From: Octopus sinensis
Lineage: Eukaryota
Assembly (NCBI RefSeq): GCF_006345805.1
Contig: NC_043006.1
Coordinates: forward strand, 25,234,001 to 25,298,000
DNA: 64,000 nt
Direction of reading: 5' to 3'
Shown here piece after piece: positions 35,201 to 50,500 of the stretch. The stretch's first letter is position 1; each line of letters begins with the position of its first letter. The position numbers were made by a program, and so were the translations under genes. The notes under the pieces were generated by a model, which ran no database searches, was not told the DNA's origin, and worked only from the letters and a program-made list of their open reading frames with translations.

Positions 35201-38200
35201 ATTTGGACTCGAGTTTTTCATTGGAAAAGAAGAACTGGAGAAAAGTGAGGAAGAGAGAGAAAATGAAAAGGAAAGACAAGAGGCAACACCTATACACTTG
35301 TATGTGTGTTTAGGAGTTTAATTAATTTTTAAATCAAAATCTGTTTTGTAATAAATTGTGCTCTTTTTAATTCATGTATTTCTTTTTGTTTAATATCTAT
35401 AGAAAGAACACTTTCGATCAGACTGGCATTTGTATAACTTGAGACAAAAGTTGAGAGGAATGTCCCCAGTTTCTGAAGAAGTTTTTGAAAATATTGTTGG
35501 TTAGTTTACAATTTTGAAATTATTTCATAAAATCTTAAATTTTTATTTATGAAAAATCTTTTCAAAGTTGATTTTAAAAAAATTTCATTAGCAATTATTT
35601 AATCATTGAAGTGTGTAAAACTGTACTTGTGAACTTATAGGTTATGACAATCTATTTCCATTATAGCACCACCACTTTTTCATCTTAACCTTTATATTCA
35701 TTTTTATAGAAAAGTTTTTAAAAAAATAGCAATGAAGAATCACAATAAGACAAAACAGCAGAACACATTTATGTATTCTAAACTGAGTGTAAATGTAGAT
35801 CTCAAGGAGATATAAGGAGAATTGAACCTACATCCATTCAACATCTATGGGTAATGATGTTGTTGTGTGGTTCAGATGTTCATTTTGAAATTGTATGGCT
35901 TGAAGTTTGATCCCACTGCACAGTTCCTTGGGCAAGAGTCCTCAGTCTAGCCTTGGGTCACCAAAGCCTTGAGAAAAATTGAGTAGATGGGAACTGTGTG
36001 GAAGCCCATTGAACAAGCTTTAATCGCTCAATTCAACACCAGCATTTGGCTTTGGGGTACCTTTATCAAAGTCCACTCTGATGCAAATATTCAGAACACA
36101 TCTTCAATTTGAAATTAACCCATAAGATATCCTTTTTTTTTTTCTCCCTTTCCCTTCCACCAGGAGGTACTGCAATGGGCATGGCCATTTCTCTTCTGAT
36201 TAAGTATTTAGAAAAATTTTAACAAAACTAGGTGGTTGGCATTATGAAGGACATCTAGCCATAGAAACCATGCCAAAACAGGCATGGATCTTAGGCAGCA
36301 CTTCAGCTGGCCAGCTTCTGCCAAACCATCTAAGCCATGTCAGTATGGAAAATGGACATTATATGATGATGATGAGGTTATCTGTTTGTCCTTTGCATGA
36401 CATCAGTGAAATATCAATTGTCCTCCTTATTTAAATGACTTTACCTTCCTTGTTGATTCTTTGGCTTGTGTTGTATGAAAGTATGATGCCCCCTGGCAAG
36501 AATGGACTGGACCACTACGTATCAGTAGTAGTAGTCTGAGTAAGTGAGCAGTTCATGCTAGTTCCACAGTTTGTGTGTTGATTGTTCAAAGTTTACAGTT
36601 TGAGTTAGTGTGTTGGATTGTTGGTTCCTAAAAGATTGTGTTCTGTTCCGTGTGGTTACTGCCGTTTGTTTCGATTATATTGTTATTACACTATCGCAGT
36701 GTATTCATTTGTCCATAAGGATATAACATCTGGTGACAAGGATCGTTTGAAATTCACATTGGTTATTTGACAATTTCTGCGTCATGGAAAACCTATTAGC
36801 CACAGTAGAAAAGTTTCAAGCGAAGCAACTAGAACAACTACAGGAGTTGCAAAAGCAAATACTACAACAACAATTAATTGAATTGCAGTTGATGAAGTCT
36901 GAAAATCCAGTAAGCTTGTTCACACCAGATGGCGTAGCTAACGCAGTTTCTGAATTTACATATCACACACACATACATGTGGGTCAAAACAGTTTGATTC
37001 AAATTCGTTGGTATCAAACTGTCTTGATCCATACATGTAACTCCAAATGAATTTTCTGAGTGCCCTTCTTTTGTTTGTCCACTCATTCATATATATATAT
37101 AATGAAAGTGGTAGTAGCAGTAAGGTTTATGATGATGTCAGTAATAGATGTAGCTGTAATATATATGATAGTACTAGTAGATCTTGTGTTAGCACCAGTA
37201 TTGGTAATGACACTGGTGATGTTATCTACTTCACATTGTACATGCTGTTGTTCTTTAGCAACAGATCAGTCCTGATCAAGCATATAATAAAGTCATGACC
37301 ACTCCATGTTTTTATTATTAAGCCAGTGGTGACAGTCTCCTTTTTGTAAGTAGCTGGGTTAATGCTAGTAATAATATTAATGACGACATTAAAACAATAG
37401 TACATCAGTTTTGACAGTTGTCTAATTTAGGATTCTGTCTTTTTTGTCTTTCAGATAATCTTTCAAGTAGCATTTCTGGTAGTGACTCAGAATCTGAGAG
37501 TGAAGACAATGGTTATTTCCCTGTTGAAGACATGTTACCGGACGTAGGTCCCATTGGCAAACCATACTCAAACACAGCAACTACACAAGAGACACCAGAT
37601 ACTTCTCACTGTCAACTTGCTAGTAATAAAAGGAGTTATCCAAAACTATTCCTGAAAAATAACAATGGTGAACTTATATCAGTTTATAAGTGTATATTAT
37701 ATCACAAGAAGGTGAGTAGAAAACCTTGTTTTCTGCTTTTTCACTTGTTCTGTTCATTTGCAAGGAAGTAACTCATTCAGTATGATGTCAAATAGCTTAT
37801 TACAGTAGCTCAGATGATAAGAAATTTAACTGTAAAAGTGACTGCTCTAACAATATGCTTTATCAGCTAAAATAAATATCTTGCCTATGAAGACAAAATA
37901 ATAGCTATTAGTCTAAGTTTTGAACTCACCGTCTAAAGATAAGGAATCTGGTACCTTAATAATATGATCACCACGCTTAAAAGTAATTACCAAAGTCAAT
38001 AGATTTTTAGTAAAAGATTTAATAGTTATTTTGTTTTTATGAAGGTTTTTAACTGGTACTTTTCAAAGATGTTTGAATTTAAATTTCAGAAACCTCCTTC
38101 ATCTATAAAGTTAGTTCTTGAATATTTATCTAAATTACCTGGTGCCATGTCATGGGCTGTGTTTTTAGCAAGTGGTGGGCATTTTGCTGCAACTATTTTT

Positions 38201-41200
38201 GAAAAGTAAGTTTTCATTCCTCTCTTAAAACATTAATTTTACATCATTATATTAAAGCAACATCCAAGAGAACAGTCAAATAGCAGTAGTAAGTTCAAAC
38301 TAATACAATAAAAATTGCATCAGGATTTTGTCTCCAGGACCTGAAAATATATATAACTTAAACAGCTGCTGCCCATTGTACATAGTACAAATATATTCCA
38401 CACAAGTAATTGTCATACATCTTGTTATAATGCTCTCACAGCCATCCTTAATATTTATGACAGCATTCAAAGAAAGCTGTCTGCTTGACTATAAACTCAT
38501 CCCTCTGAAAAAATATCTCACCCTCTTTTTCTTTCTTTCTTACATGGTTTGTGTATTCAATATGTTTTGGAATTTAAAATCTCATATTTGCCTTACTCTT
38601 ACTCTTTTACTTGTTTCAGTCATTTGACTGCAGCCATGCTGGAGCACCACCTTTAATCGAGCAAATCGACCCCGGGACTTATTCTTTGTAAGCCCAGTAC
38701 TTATTCTGTCAGTCTCTTTTGCCGAACCGCTAAGTGACGGGGACGTAAACACACCAGCATCGGTTGTCAAGCAATGCTAGGGGGACAAATACAGACACAC
38801 ACACATACATATATATACATATATACGACAGGCTTCTTTCAGTTTCTGTCTCCCAAATCCACTCACAAGGCTTTGGTCGGCCCGGAGCTATAGCAGAAGA
38901 CATTTGCTGAAGATGCCACGCAGTAGGACTGAACCCAGAACCATGTGGTTGGTTAGCAAGCTACTTACCATATAGCCACGTTCAGAATAATTTTAAAGTT
39001 AAACCTAAGCTTGAAAATTATATCCATCAATTATCTAAACTAACTTATCATCGCTGCAGGCTTTGTCCACTAGATTATTTTAGATTCAGTTTTGATATAT
39101 ACTCTTATTCAAAAATGAAGTATCTGACTATCTAACTCTAACACAGCATACACACCTTAATATTAAGTTCATTAATTTAAATTATAAACTTGTATTTATG
39201 TTTCTACTTGTCAAACATTTTCTTGTATTTACTCAGTGGCAAGGTAATCGTGCACAAGACATTTCATCGTTACACTGTTCGAGCCAAACAGGGCAAATCC
39301 CAAGGATCCAGGGATGGACGTGGTAATGCCCCTCGCTCTGCAGGGGCATCCCTCCGCCGGCACAATGAGTCTGCATTAAATCAGGTAATTATTACCTCCG
39401 CCTTAACGAAGGCGGAGGTATTGTCTTCAGTTACATTTGTTTGTTTGTCCATGGACACAATATCTCAAGAACTGTTGGATGGATTCAGATGAAACTTTCA
39501 GAGATGTTTGGCCTCATGACTGACAGGAACTGATTAGGTTTTGGGATTGATCCAGTACCGGACAAGGATTCTGGATTATTTGTTATATTTACTTTATATG
39601 ATTACTATCTTACATTAACTTTCGAGTCTTTCTCAATTATCTCCCTTTTGGCTGTAACTATTTTGAATGGTGAATTTGCAAATAAATATACTGTCACAGG
39701 CTACACCTATGATGCAGGGATAACTTAAAATGATTTATTGTAGGTTACTATTTCGTATTGTAGGTATAATCAGCAAAGCTCTTCAAGAAACTTGCTGAAC
39801 TAAAATGAGTTAAACAAAATCTTTGTTTAAAAAGAATATAGTGTGAGTGTTGGAAAGGGAATATATTTCAAAGTCTTGTGGGATTAAGTTTTTCAGTGAT
39901 AAGTTTACGCTTAATATTAACTTGCTTTTTATTCTGTTTATGCTTCTTGATCTGAATCTCTCACAAGCAGTAGTTTTTCTTTTCTTTACAGAAGTTAACT
40001 GTTAGTATTAGGTTTTTGCAAGCTTTTCTATATGGATTCACTCAAACCAAACAAGTTAAATAATTATTCTATTTAATATCAGGATGTCCAAGAGCTTTTG
40101 ACCAGTTGGTCTGACTATTTGATGCGATGTGATCTGATCTTCTTGAGAGCCCCTAGCTTTAACCAGCAAATGTTCTTCAGTGGTAAAAATTCTCCCCTCA
40201 GTCGAAATGATTTTCGTATTCGAGGCGTACCATTCCATACTCGGCGCCCAACGCACAATGAAACTTGCCGTGTTCATGAAATGCTAGCATCAGTTGAATG
40301 CTATGGTAGGTTAACATCTGTTTTGTTTTATGTTTCCTTTATGTCAAGCAATATTATTTATCATACAGAGGTAAGTTGTTGGCACTGCTGATGTAAATAT
40401 CTACAATCACTTTTACAAAAACTGGCTTTTTGTCTAACCAAAAGTAATCAATATATTGGATCATTATTAGAAAGTGAGACTATTGTCCTATTGACTTCTG
40501 CTGTATTTTTCAAGCTTAACCTGTATAAGACTTATGATCATCAGCTGCTTATAATGGTAAACTATAACATAACTAGATGGACTGAACCAATGTGAGCTAT
40601 GTATTTTGATAACAGATATAGTGCAATACCTATCACAGAGTACAAACTTACTTATTTCCTGTTTAGTGTTTTTGTTTGACATTGCAAACAATATTCTGTG
40701 GTCTAGTCTATCAGCAGCACACATAAGCCAATGACCTGCTATACATTCTTTCGACTTGCTAGAAAGAGCAGCCAAATTTCCTGCAAATCAATCCTGTCAT
40801 CTTTAAAAAAAGGAATGAATATTGACTTACAGGATTTTATAATCCCTCAACAAAACCATCAAACATCTGAAGGCCCTGAAAATTTAAACATAGCATATTT
40901 TAAAGAAATACATATATAATGTGTTTTCAGTAAGAAGTCTGTGGCCTAGTTCAGTTCTAGATTGTAACTATTTCACTTAGTAATGTTTTTAATTTAATGT
41001 ATTTTTATCCTCCACTGAGATCAATTTGATTGTATTACTATGAAAAATTGATATGTATTTTATACGTAACCATTCTGTTCAGAAAAAAATTTATTGTATT
41101 ACAGGTAATGAGAGCGAAATGCAGGAATTTATTCCCCAATCACCTCCTCGACATTTTAGTTCAAATACTGGTCAACTAGAAATCATCACAGATGTCTCTC

Positions 41201-44200
41201 AATTAAGAAATAATGTGGGCAAATTGATCTTATGTGATAAAAAAAGAAAAACTTAAAATCAAAACTTGGCAAAAAGGCTAGTGAAGATAATGTTCAAGAA
41301 AATACATCTTCTGTCACTGTAGATGACAGTAAGTTTAATTTAGATAACATTTACAATGTATTCTTATTCTGTATGCCTTAATAACCATGCATAATGTAAA
41401 TAGTTATACTGATTGTTGTTATTGTTGTAAACAATGTTTTGAAATAGAAATAGTTGAAATATTGATATGTAATATCAGCATGTGATTCTGAGTTCACTTC
41501 ATTCCTCTAAAATAGCACTTACTTCTCTTCCATTTTTGTTATTGTTAGTTATACCTTATTCATGTGTATGGCTTACAAACATGATTATTTACCATCAACA
41601 GGATCATGTTCTGAAACAGAAAACGATAGTGACATTAAATTGCATTTTGTGAACAAAGAAATCAGTACATGTCATCTAAACCCTGATGAGATAAACTTTG
41701 GTCAACAGGCTGCTGTGAAATCTAACAAAATTTCTATAGATACAAAACCTAAGCCAGCTACTAAAGGATCAAGTAAGATTCACTTTTATTACCAATTTCT
41801 AATTTTTTAATTCATTTTATTTAATATTTATGATGTATGCTATAGCATAACAAAATTTAAACAGATACTAGCTGTTTTTGCCAGGTATTTACTTTATATG
41901 AGATATTTAGGTGAGGAGAAAGATAGAGGGTGTGTGTATGCATACATATTTATATGTAGCTTTCTGAGTATGTGCAAAGTAAGAAACTATCAAGTGTTCA
42001 TTTCATATCCATTCCAGCTATTGTGTCAGACAATGCACTTAATTTTACATCTAAATATTAGGTAAATGTTAATCAGCTAAATCACAGGTAAATGTTACCT
42101 GTGATAGCTTAGCATCAAAAGCATTGAGAACATAATCTTCATTCATTTATTTACCATAAACCCAGAACTATGTATTGGGATAGGCAATTAGGTTTAAATA
42201 TATGCTTTGTGTATGTTTTTTAATGTATGCATACATGCATCTATAAATATTGTTTTATTTTAAACAAATGTAAATTCTAACTTAATAATTTTTACTCACA
42301 AATTTCAGAGGAAAAAAATTACATCCGAAACGAACTTTATAGAGCATGCAAAACCGGGAATCTTCATGATGTCAATAAGATAATTTCATGGCTGGCTAAG
42401 CATGCATGTGTGCCTAACTCTAAAAATAAATCTGAATCACAAAGGATATTGACTGATGAAATAGCAAAAGATGCAGAAGATGTGATTGAATCTTCTGTCA
42501 CTCCTGAAAATGTTCTTGATGGAAAAGTATCAAAGAATAGAACTATTCCTCTTGAAAATAGTTTCTCAGAAATAGCAAACCCATCATGTGCTACTACCAC
42601 AGAAACTGTAGTTCAGAGTGATAACAGTCCAAACAATGATGCTATTGATGATGATGTCAAATCATCTGACAAAGAAAATAAAACTGGAAATATAATTTGT
42701 GATGAGTCTTTAAATTTAGTGATGGCTGATGATATTAAGTTTCCAGACATTTTGAATGAACGATGGGGCCGAGATCAGCATACAATACTACATGCTATTG
42801 TGCAGAATTGTCAAACAGAAGTCATTTCTCCTCTCTTAGAAGCTGGTGCAAATCCTGCCATTTGGTAAGTTTAAATTTTTGAGAATTATTAATTCTATTA
42901 AAGCTTACAAATTCTGTGATACGTCAAGCACTGGATTTCCAATATTTGGTAAAATGCAACTAAAGGTGACATGTAGTGGACAACAGTTTGATTGACATGA
43001 TCTGACTATGGATTTATGACTTGTGGCACTAGTGGAATATAGTCCTAGTTATTAAAAACTAGGCATCAGGATTACAATTGTATTTTCTAGTCCAGCACAC
43101 TACTTTGGCTTCTGTTTCTGGGGTTGTTGAGTCTGTTGATGATAGAAAAAGCACTAATTGACTGGCTTCCATGCCAGTGACACGTAAAAACAGCACGTAT
43201 AGTATCTGTGTATACCTAAACTCTGAATACTGAATATCCATATCCCTTATAACATTCCCTCGTAGGTACTCTATGATATGTGAAACGCAGAAGTAATGGA
43301 GTTAATTATCATTTACATAAAATCACAGTTATGAATAAATACCAAAGAAGGTCTCTCACTTCCGTGTGTGTGTGTGTGTGTGTGCATATATACATGTGTG
43401 AATATATATGACTGTGTATATAAGTCTATGTTTAGGTATATGTGTGTAAGACATTGTAGATCTTTAGCTGGGCTAAAAAGTCACAGTCGATCACAGCACC
43501 AATAACAGTTAAGCTTTGTGCAATGGCCATACTCGATAACGAGGGGGCAGCCATCATGTATGTGTATATATATGTATGTGTGTGTGTGTGTATATATATA
43601 TATATGTGTGTGTGTGTATGTATATATGTATATATTTATGTCTATTACATTATTGCCCACAGGGGGACAAACATAGACAGACAAAGGGATTAAGTCGATT
43701 ACATCGACCCCAGTTACATGTTGGTGGAATAGTATGGTAGACAAAGCCATTAGAGCAAAGAAACAGGCCTGGAAAGCCTGGAAGGGTGGGGGTAGCAGGG
43801 AACTGTACCAGGTAGCCAGAAGGGAGGCTGGGCGGCAAGTATACATAGCCAAGGGCAAAGCAGAAAAGAAGAGGTTTGCCAATGTCCAGCAATGTGAGGA
43901 CTAAAGAACTGAGGTATTTCAGATTGCAAGGCAGTGTGTGAGAGAAAATTGTGATGTCACAGGAGAGAAATGTTTCCTTATGGATGATGGTGCACTTGCT
44001 TCTAATGATTCTGAAAAGAAAGAGGGTTGGAGAAGCCATTATGAAAGACTGCTGAACATGCAGAATGAATGGGAGGAGGAGAGCCTGCCAAATATTGACC
44101 CAGAAGAGCAACCAGCTATCCAAATAGACAGCTCCCTTGTAGATAAAGCAATTAAGGGTATGAAGCCAAGAAAAGTCCCCAGCCCATCAGGAATCACTGC

Positions 44201-47200
44201 TGAGATGCTTAAAACATCTGGTGGTGCAGGCTATGGCCTAGTTACCCACATTGTAAACCAGGTAGTTCATGATGGAGTCATACCCAATGATTGGCGTAGC
44301 AGCCCCATAGGTACAAAGGTAAAGGTGATGCTATAGATAGAAATAACTACAGGGGTATCAAACTGCTGGATCAGGTGATGAAGGTCACGAAGAGGGTCAA
44401 AGCCCATCTCATTAGGGAGAGAGTCTGCTTAGATGAGATGCAGTTCGGTTTTGTGCTGGGTAGAAGCACTACTGATGCCATATTCCTGGTTTGACAACTG
44501 CAAGAGAAATACCTAGCTAAAGATAAACCCCTATACTTGGCTTTTGTGAACTTAGAGAAAGCTTTTGACAGGGTCCCCTGATTCCTTATCTGGTGGACAA
44601 TGCAGAAACTAGGGATTAATGAATGGTTAATAAGGGCTGTACAGGCCCTATACAGAGAGGTCATTAGTAAGGTTAGGATTGGCAATGAGTATAGTGAAGA
44701 ATTCCGGGTGGAAGTAGGGGTCCACCAAGGTTCATCATTGTCCTCCAGGCAATAACAGAGGAATTCAAGACGAGTTGCCCCTGGAAGCTCCTCTATGCTG
44801 ATGACCTGGCCCTCATAGCAGAATCACTACCAGAACTAGAAAAGAAATTTTGGGTGTGGAAGCAAGTTTTAGAATCAAAAGGTCTTCGAGTCAAGGTAGC
44901 AAAGACCAAAGTTCTAGTAAGTAATAAGGCGAACACATTACACCCACCCTCAAGTAGGTGGCCCTGCTCAATCTGTAGAAAAGGTGTAGGTAGAAATTCC
45001 ATAAGATGTACCCAGTGTAAGCTATGGGCACATAAGATGTGCAGCAACATCAAAAGAAGATTAACCGAGAAGATAGCTTTCACCACACATGCTCAGAAAA
45101 CAGATTCCATCACACTCCAGGGGAAGAAACTAGAAGTTTCCACTCCTTAGGTGGCCAAGTTAGTAGTGGGGGTGGATGGGCAAAGTTTAGAAAGCTTCTA
45201 ACCCTACTGGCGACAAAGGGCCTCTCGCTTAGAGTGAAAGGTAGATTGTATGACGCATGTATGCAAACTGCCATGCTTCACAGCAGTGAAATATGGGCTG
45301 TGACTGCGGAGGACATGCATAGGCTCGAAAGAAATGAAGCTAGCATGATCCGCTGGATGTGTAATGTCAGTGTGCACACACAATAGAGTGTAAGTGCCCT
45401 GAGAGAAATGTTGGACATAAGAAGCATAGGATGTGGCGTGCAAGAGACGTTTGTGCTGGTATAGTCATGTACTACAGATGGATGAGAAGAGATGTGTGAA
45501 AAAGTGCCACTCCCAAACAGCTGAAGGAATCTGGAGTAGAGATAGACCTAGGAAGACATGGGATGAGGTGGTCAAGCATGACCTTCGAACGTTGGGCCTC
45601 ACAGAGGCAATGACAAAAGACTGAGACCTCTGAAGATATGCTGTGACTGCGAAGATCCAACAAATACTGTGAATTGACGGCAGTATCCTACACCAATTTC
45701 GCATAGCCAGCAGCAACCCATTCAAAAGTACCTTGGATCATAGGGTGACCTGCTGTGCTTGGGGAGACCTATTGAGTCAAGTACATCAACATCAAAATGA
45801 AAATCAAATGGAAATTGTAGTTGTGATACCCATGCCGGTGGCACATAAAAAGCACCATCCAAATGTGGCTGATGCCAGTGCCACCTTGACTGGCTTCCAT
45901 GCCAGTGGCACGTAAAAAGCACCCACTACTCTCACGGAGTGGTTGGCATTAGGAAGGCCATCCAGCTGTAGAAACACTGCCAGATCAGACTGGAGCCTGG
46001 TGCAGCCTCCTGGCTTCCCAGACCCCGGTCAAACCATCGAACCGTCCAACCCATGCTACAATGGAAAACGGACATGAAATGATGATGATGATGATGATGA
46101 CACCTGCATATATATAATATAAGATAATAATACAAATGATTATTATGCCAGTGGGGGTATAAATACCAAGTACTAGTGGTAGTTAGAAAAAGTATGCCTA
46201 ATTTTGTGAAGACAGGAAATGTTTCGCTCCTTAAGACTGTTTATAAATGGAAGTTTGGTTTTAATTATGAAGAAAAATTTGTTTATGCATAAACGCTGGT
46301 GCTGTTGAAATTTTCCAATATAAATTATAATCAACTCCCTTATCCTTAAGTTCCCATATGTAGTTGTTTCTAAATGTGTACCTATGGTGATAGAGTCTAT
46401 GCTTCATATTATTCTGTGTTGTTCCAACGTATACCTTATTATCTGACTATGTACTTAATATACATTGATACACTACTTCCTTTCTAATGCAGTTATTATT
46501 GAATACACAATTTCTGCTAATTCTACAATCACATGTTCTATTAAGTTACAGGACTGACCATGACCCCCTCCCCACTACATACAGAGATTCAGTAACTTGT
46601 TGATCAGAAAAGTAACAGAAACTAATACAGTATTTTGGTCACTACCTGGAGCTTTACTATCTTTAGTACCAGCTGCTATCATAACTAAACATGGAGGGGG
46701 ATCTGTAATAACCTGGGAGGGGATGCTATATTTTGAAAATCTACTGGCCCAATGGTTTCCCTTCATGGCAGAATTAATAGTCAAGATTATTTAAGAATTT
46801 TTATGATCAAATTCATCCTATGGTTGCGGAACTGTTTCCAGGGGGAAACACAATCTTTCAGGATGTTATTGCACCAATTCACATAGCTTAAGTTGTTACT
46901 GAATGGCATGCGAAACATTCTAGTGAAGTTGAATATTTTATCTGGCCACCACAGTCCCCAGATCTCTATTATTTAACATTTATGGTGCATTTTAGAAGAA
47001 CAAGTAAAGAGTTGATATCCTCCACCATCATCACTACAAGAAATGGAGACTGTTTTAGCTGAAGAATGGACAAAAATTCTTTTGGAAACAATTCAAACTT
47101 TGTATGAGTCCATACCACGTAGAATTCAAGCTGTAATTACTGCCAAAGATGGTCCTACCCCATATTAAAATTAATTTGTTTGAAATTTATGGTGTTTCCA

Positions 47201-47460
47201 TTATTTTGTCCCCCCCCCCCATATATATAATGTGTGTGTGTGTGTGTGTTTGTCCCCCCCCAGCATTGCTTGACAACCGATGTTGGTGCGTTTACATCCC
47301 CATGACTTAGCAGCTCAGCGAAAGGACTGATAGAATAAGTACTAGGCTTACAAAGTATAAGTCATGGGGTTGATTTGCTTGACTAAAGGCTGCCCTCCAG
47401 CATGGTCACAGTCAAATGGCTGAAACAAGAAAAAGACCAAAAGAAAAGGAAAAAGAATAC

Positions 47461-47509
<49 letters not shown>

Positions 47510-50500
47510 AGTTTGAAAGAAAAGAGAGAGCAGAAAGTGAAGGAAATGAGAAGTGAAAGATGTATGTTTATGTATATGAAATGGATGTGTGTGTGTGTAT
47601 GTGCAAGAGAGAGAGAGAGTGAGTGAGTGAAGGTGTGTGTTGTGATGATGGATGTGTTTTAAAGTGCACACACACACACACACACATATAGAAAATGTAA
47701 CGTCATCGTTGACATATAAAATGTTTAGAGTAGTTGACTTATGGAAAAGATTATAATTTTAAAATATGTCAATGAAAATAAAGTTTAGTTGGTAACAGAA
47801 ATAATGCTGAATCTTTTGATACCCCATATGTCAAAATCGGCAACTCAGTTTTGGAATGCATAAGGAATACACACACAGATTATTTATCCCTTTAGTATTC
47901 AGATTATTCTGTCAAATGTGATGTTTGTTTATTTAAAATGGTTTGAATTAATCATGCATTATCTTGTAGTTTAGAGATTTCAGTGATGTGATTTTTTTAG
48001 TTTTAGAATGTCATTGTAGGGCTGCGGTGAGAGGCGAGATCTGGTCAGTTTGAATATAAAACAGGTTAAATATTTTGGCCAGCTATGGCCGGTTTGAATG
48101 CTAAAGGGTTATACAGCTTCATGATGGAATTGGAGTTGGTCAAGACAGTAGACTACTGGACACAAAGCCTTACACTGTTTAATTCTATTCCACTAGTTTC
48201 AGGGTTCAAATATGAAGTCAACTTGGCTTTATATGCATCTAAATTTATAAAATAAGTATTAATTGTATGCTGTGATTAACTATGGCAATTTTTCCACTAC
48301 ACAAATTGGCCCCATGTCACCTGGGTTACAACTCCCTAAAATCTTTAATGTTGTCATTGAGATATTGTTGTCTTCCTAATACACTCCTACCATATTTTGA
48401 TATTTCACATTGTTACCATTCAGACACCTCACATCATTGTCACATTCTGACATGTCACATGCTTGTCACATTCTGACATGTCACATCATTGTCACATTTT
48501 GACAACTGATATCCTTATCACATTCTGACAACTCACATCTTTGTTACATTTTGACAACTTACATCATTGTCACATTCTGACAACTTACATCATTGTCACA
48601 TTGACAACTTACATCATTGTCACATTCTGACAACTTACATCATTGTCACATTCTGACAAGTCACATCATTGTCACATTCTGACAGCTTACATCATTGTCA
48701 CATTCTGACAACTTACATCATTGTCACATTCTGACAACTCACATCATTGTCACATTCTGACAACTTACATAATTGTCACATTCTGACATGTCACATCATT
48801 GTCACATTCTGACAACTCACATCTTTGTCACATTCTGACAACTTACATCATTGTCACATTCTGACAACTTACATCATTGTCATATTCTGACATGTCACAT
48901 CATTGTCACATTCTGACATGTCACATCATTATCACATTCTGACAACTTACATCATTGTCACATTCTGACATGTCACATCATTGTCAAATTCTGACATGTC
49001 ACATCAAATATCACATTCTGACATGTCACATCATTGTCACATTGTGACATGTCACATCATTGTCACATTCTGACAACTTACATTATTGTCACATTCTGAC
49101 ATGTCACATCATTGTCACATTCTGACAACTTACATCATTGTTACATTCTGACATGTCACATCATTGTCACATTCTGACAACTTACATTATTGTCACATTC
49201 TGACATGTCACATCATTGTTGTGGTGGACACCCCCAAGTGAAACCAATGAATAATGGACAGATACAGCATGTAGTGTCAGTCAGCGAGGTATGCCGTATG
49301 GACCAGTCATGCAGATGATGAAGTTACATCATCATAATGCGGGACATATCAGTGACGATGAAGATACCTCTCATTGTGTGATGGTGTCATTATAACTGGT
49401 AACGAGGTTACAAACACTCGTAGGAGTGTCAAAATGGAAGAACTACACACAGTGAAGAATGATATACATACAATGAAAAATATATAAATTCTGTTGAAAA
49501 AAGATTCTGAAGAAAAAATGTCTGATAAAACTGGAACTCTAACACAGAACTGAACTGCTCACAGTGAAAAATAATACAAATTCGTGTGAAGGATTTAAAT
49601 CAGGTCGCTATGTGTTAGTAGCACTACCGGTAAACAATGTAGACTGGTACTACTTGCAATATTCTGAAGAGAAAAATAATTCTCTGTGGAAGAAAAAATA
49701 CTAATAATGATAAGTCCATGTGCAGGATTTTAGTGAAGTCACTATGTGTTAGTAGCGCTACTGGTAAACAATGTAGACTACCAGTAGCATTCTGAAGAGA
49801 AAAATAATTCTGTTGTGTGAAAGAAAAAGAAATAGAATATGAAGGAAATAAAAATTCTATTGAAAAAATTTTGTAATACAGAGTTGAAAAAAATAATAAT
49901 TGTGTGTGGAAGAAAAATAAATGAAAAAAATAATGTTGTATGAAAGAAAAAATCTCAAAGGGGGAGGTGTTGTGGCGGACACCCAAGTGAGAAGTGGGCT
50001 GTTCCACTACTGATAATTAGTGGATAGACACAGCAGTACTGAAAGAGTGCATTTGGAGAACGAGAATGGAAGGTTCGGTGAAAGGGTCTTTCATCTCTGG
50101 ATACCATCTGAAGAGCAAGATGGGGTTGGAGAGGAGGACCCTGCCACCGAGAGAATTCGAGAAACGATGGAAGGATGTGATGAGAAAGGTGGGTGTTAGT
50201 AACCCAGCTTAATCATTGAGGAAAAGAAAAGAGCATTGCTGGGCTTTTAAAGGCTGCGGGTTCGATCCCTTTACCTTTTTGTTCGTGTTTTTCTTTGATT
50301 TAGTTATATTTTAAAATAAAGTTCTAGTTAAAGGAAAATTTAAATGATATATAAAATACATTTTAAGTAAATTTTTAATATTTATATCATTTGAACTCAT
50401 GTAGCATTTTTGTCTTTTGTTTGTCCTGTATTGTCCCATTCTATGTAAGATCACCATAATAAAAATACTATCACTTGGCAAGGTACGCCGTTTGGGCCAG

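Noticed and set aside
48400-49216. CRISPR-like regularly repeated array
   Set aside because: Units are directly tandem with no unique spacers, there are no cas genes, and the context is a eukaryotic intron.
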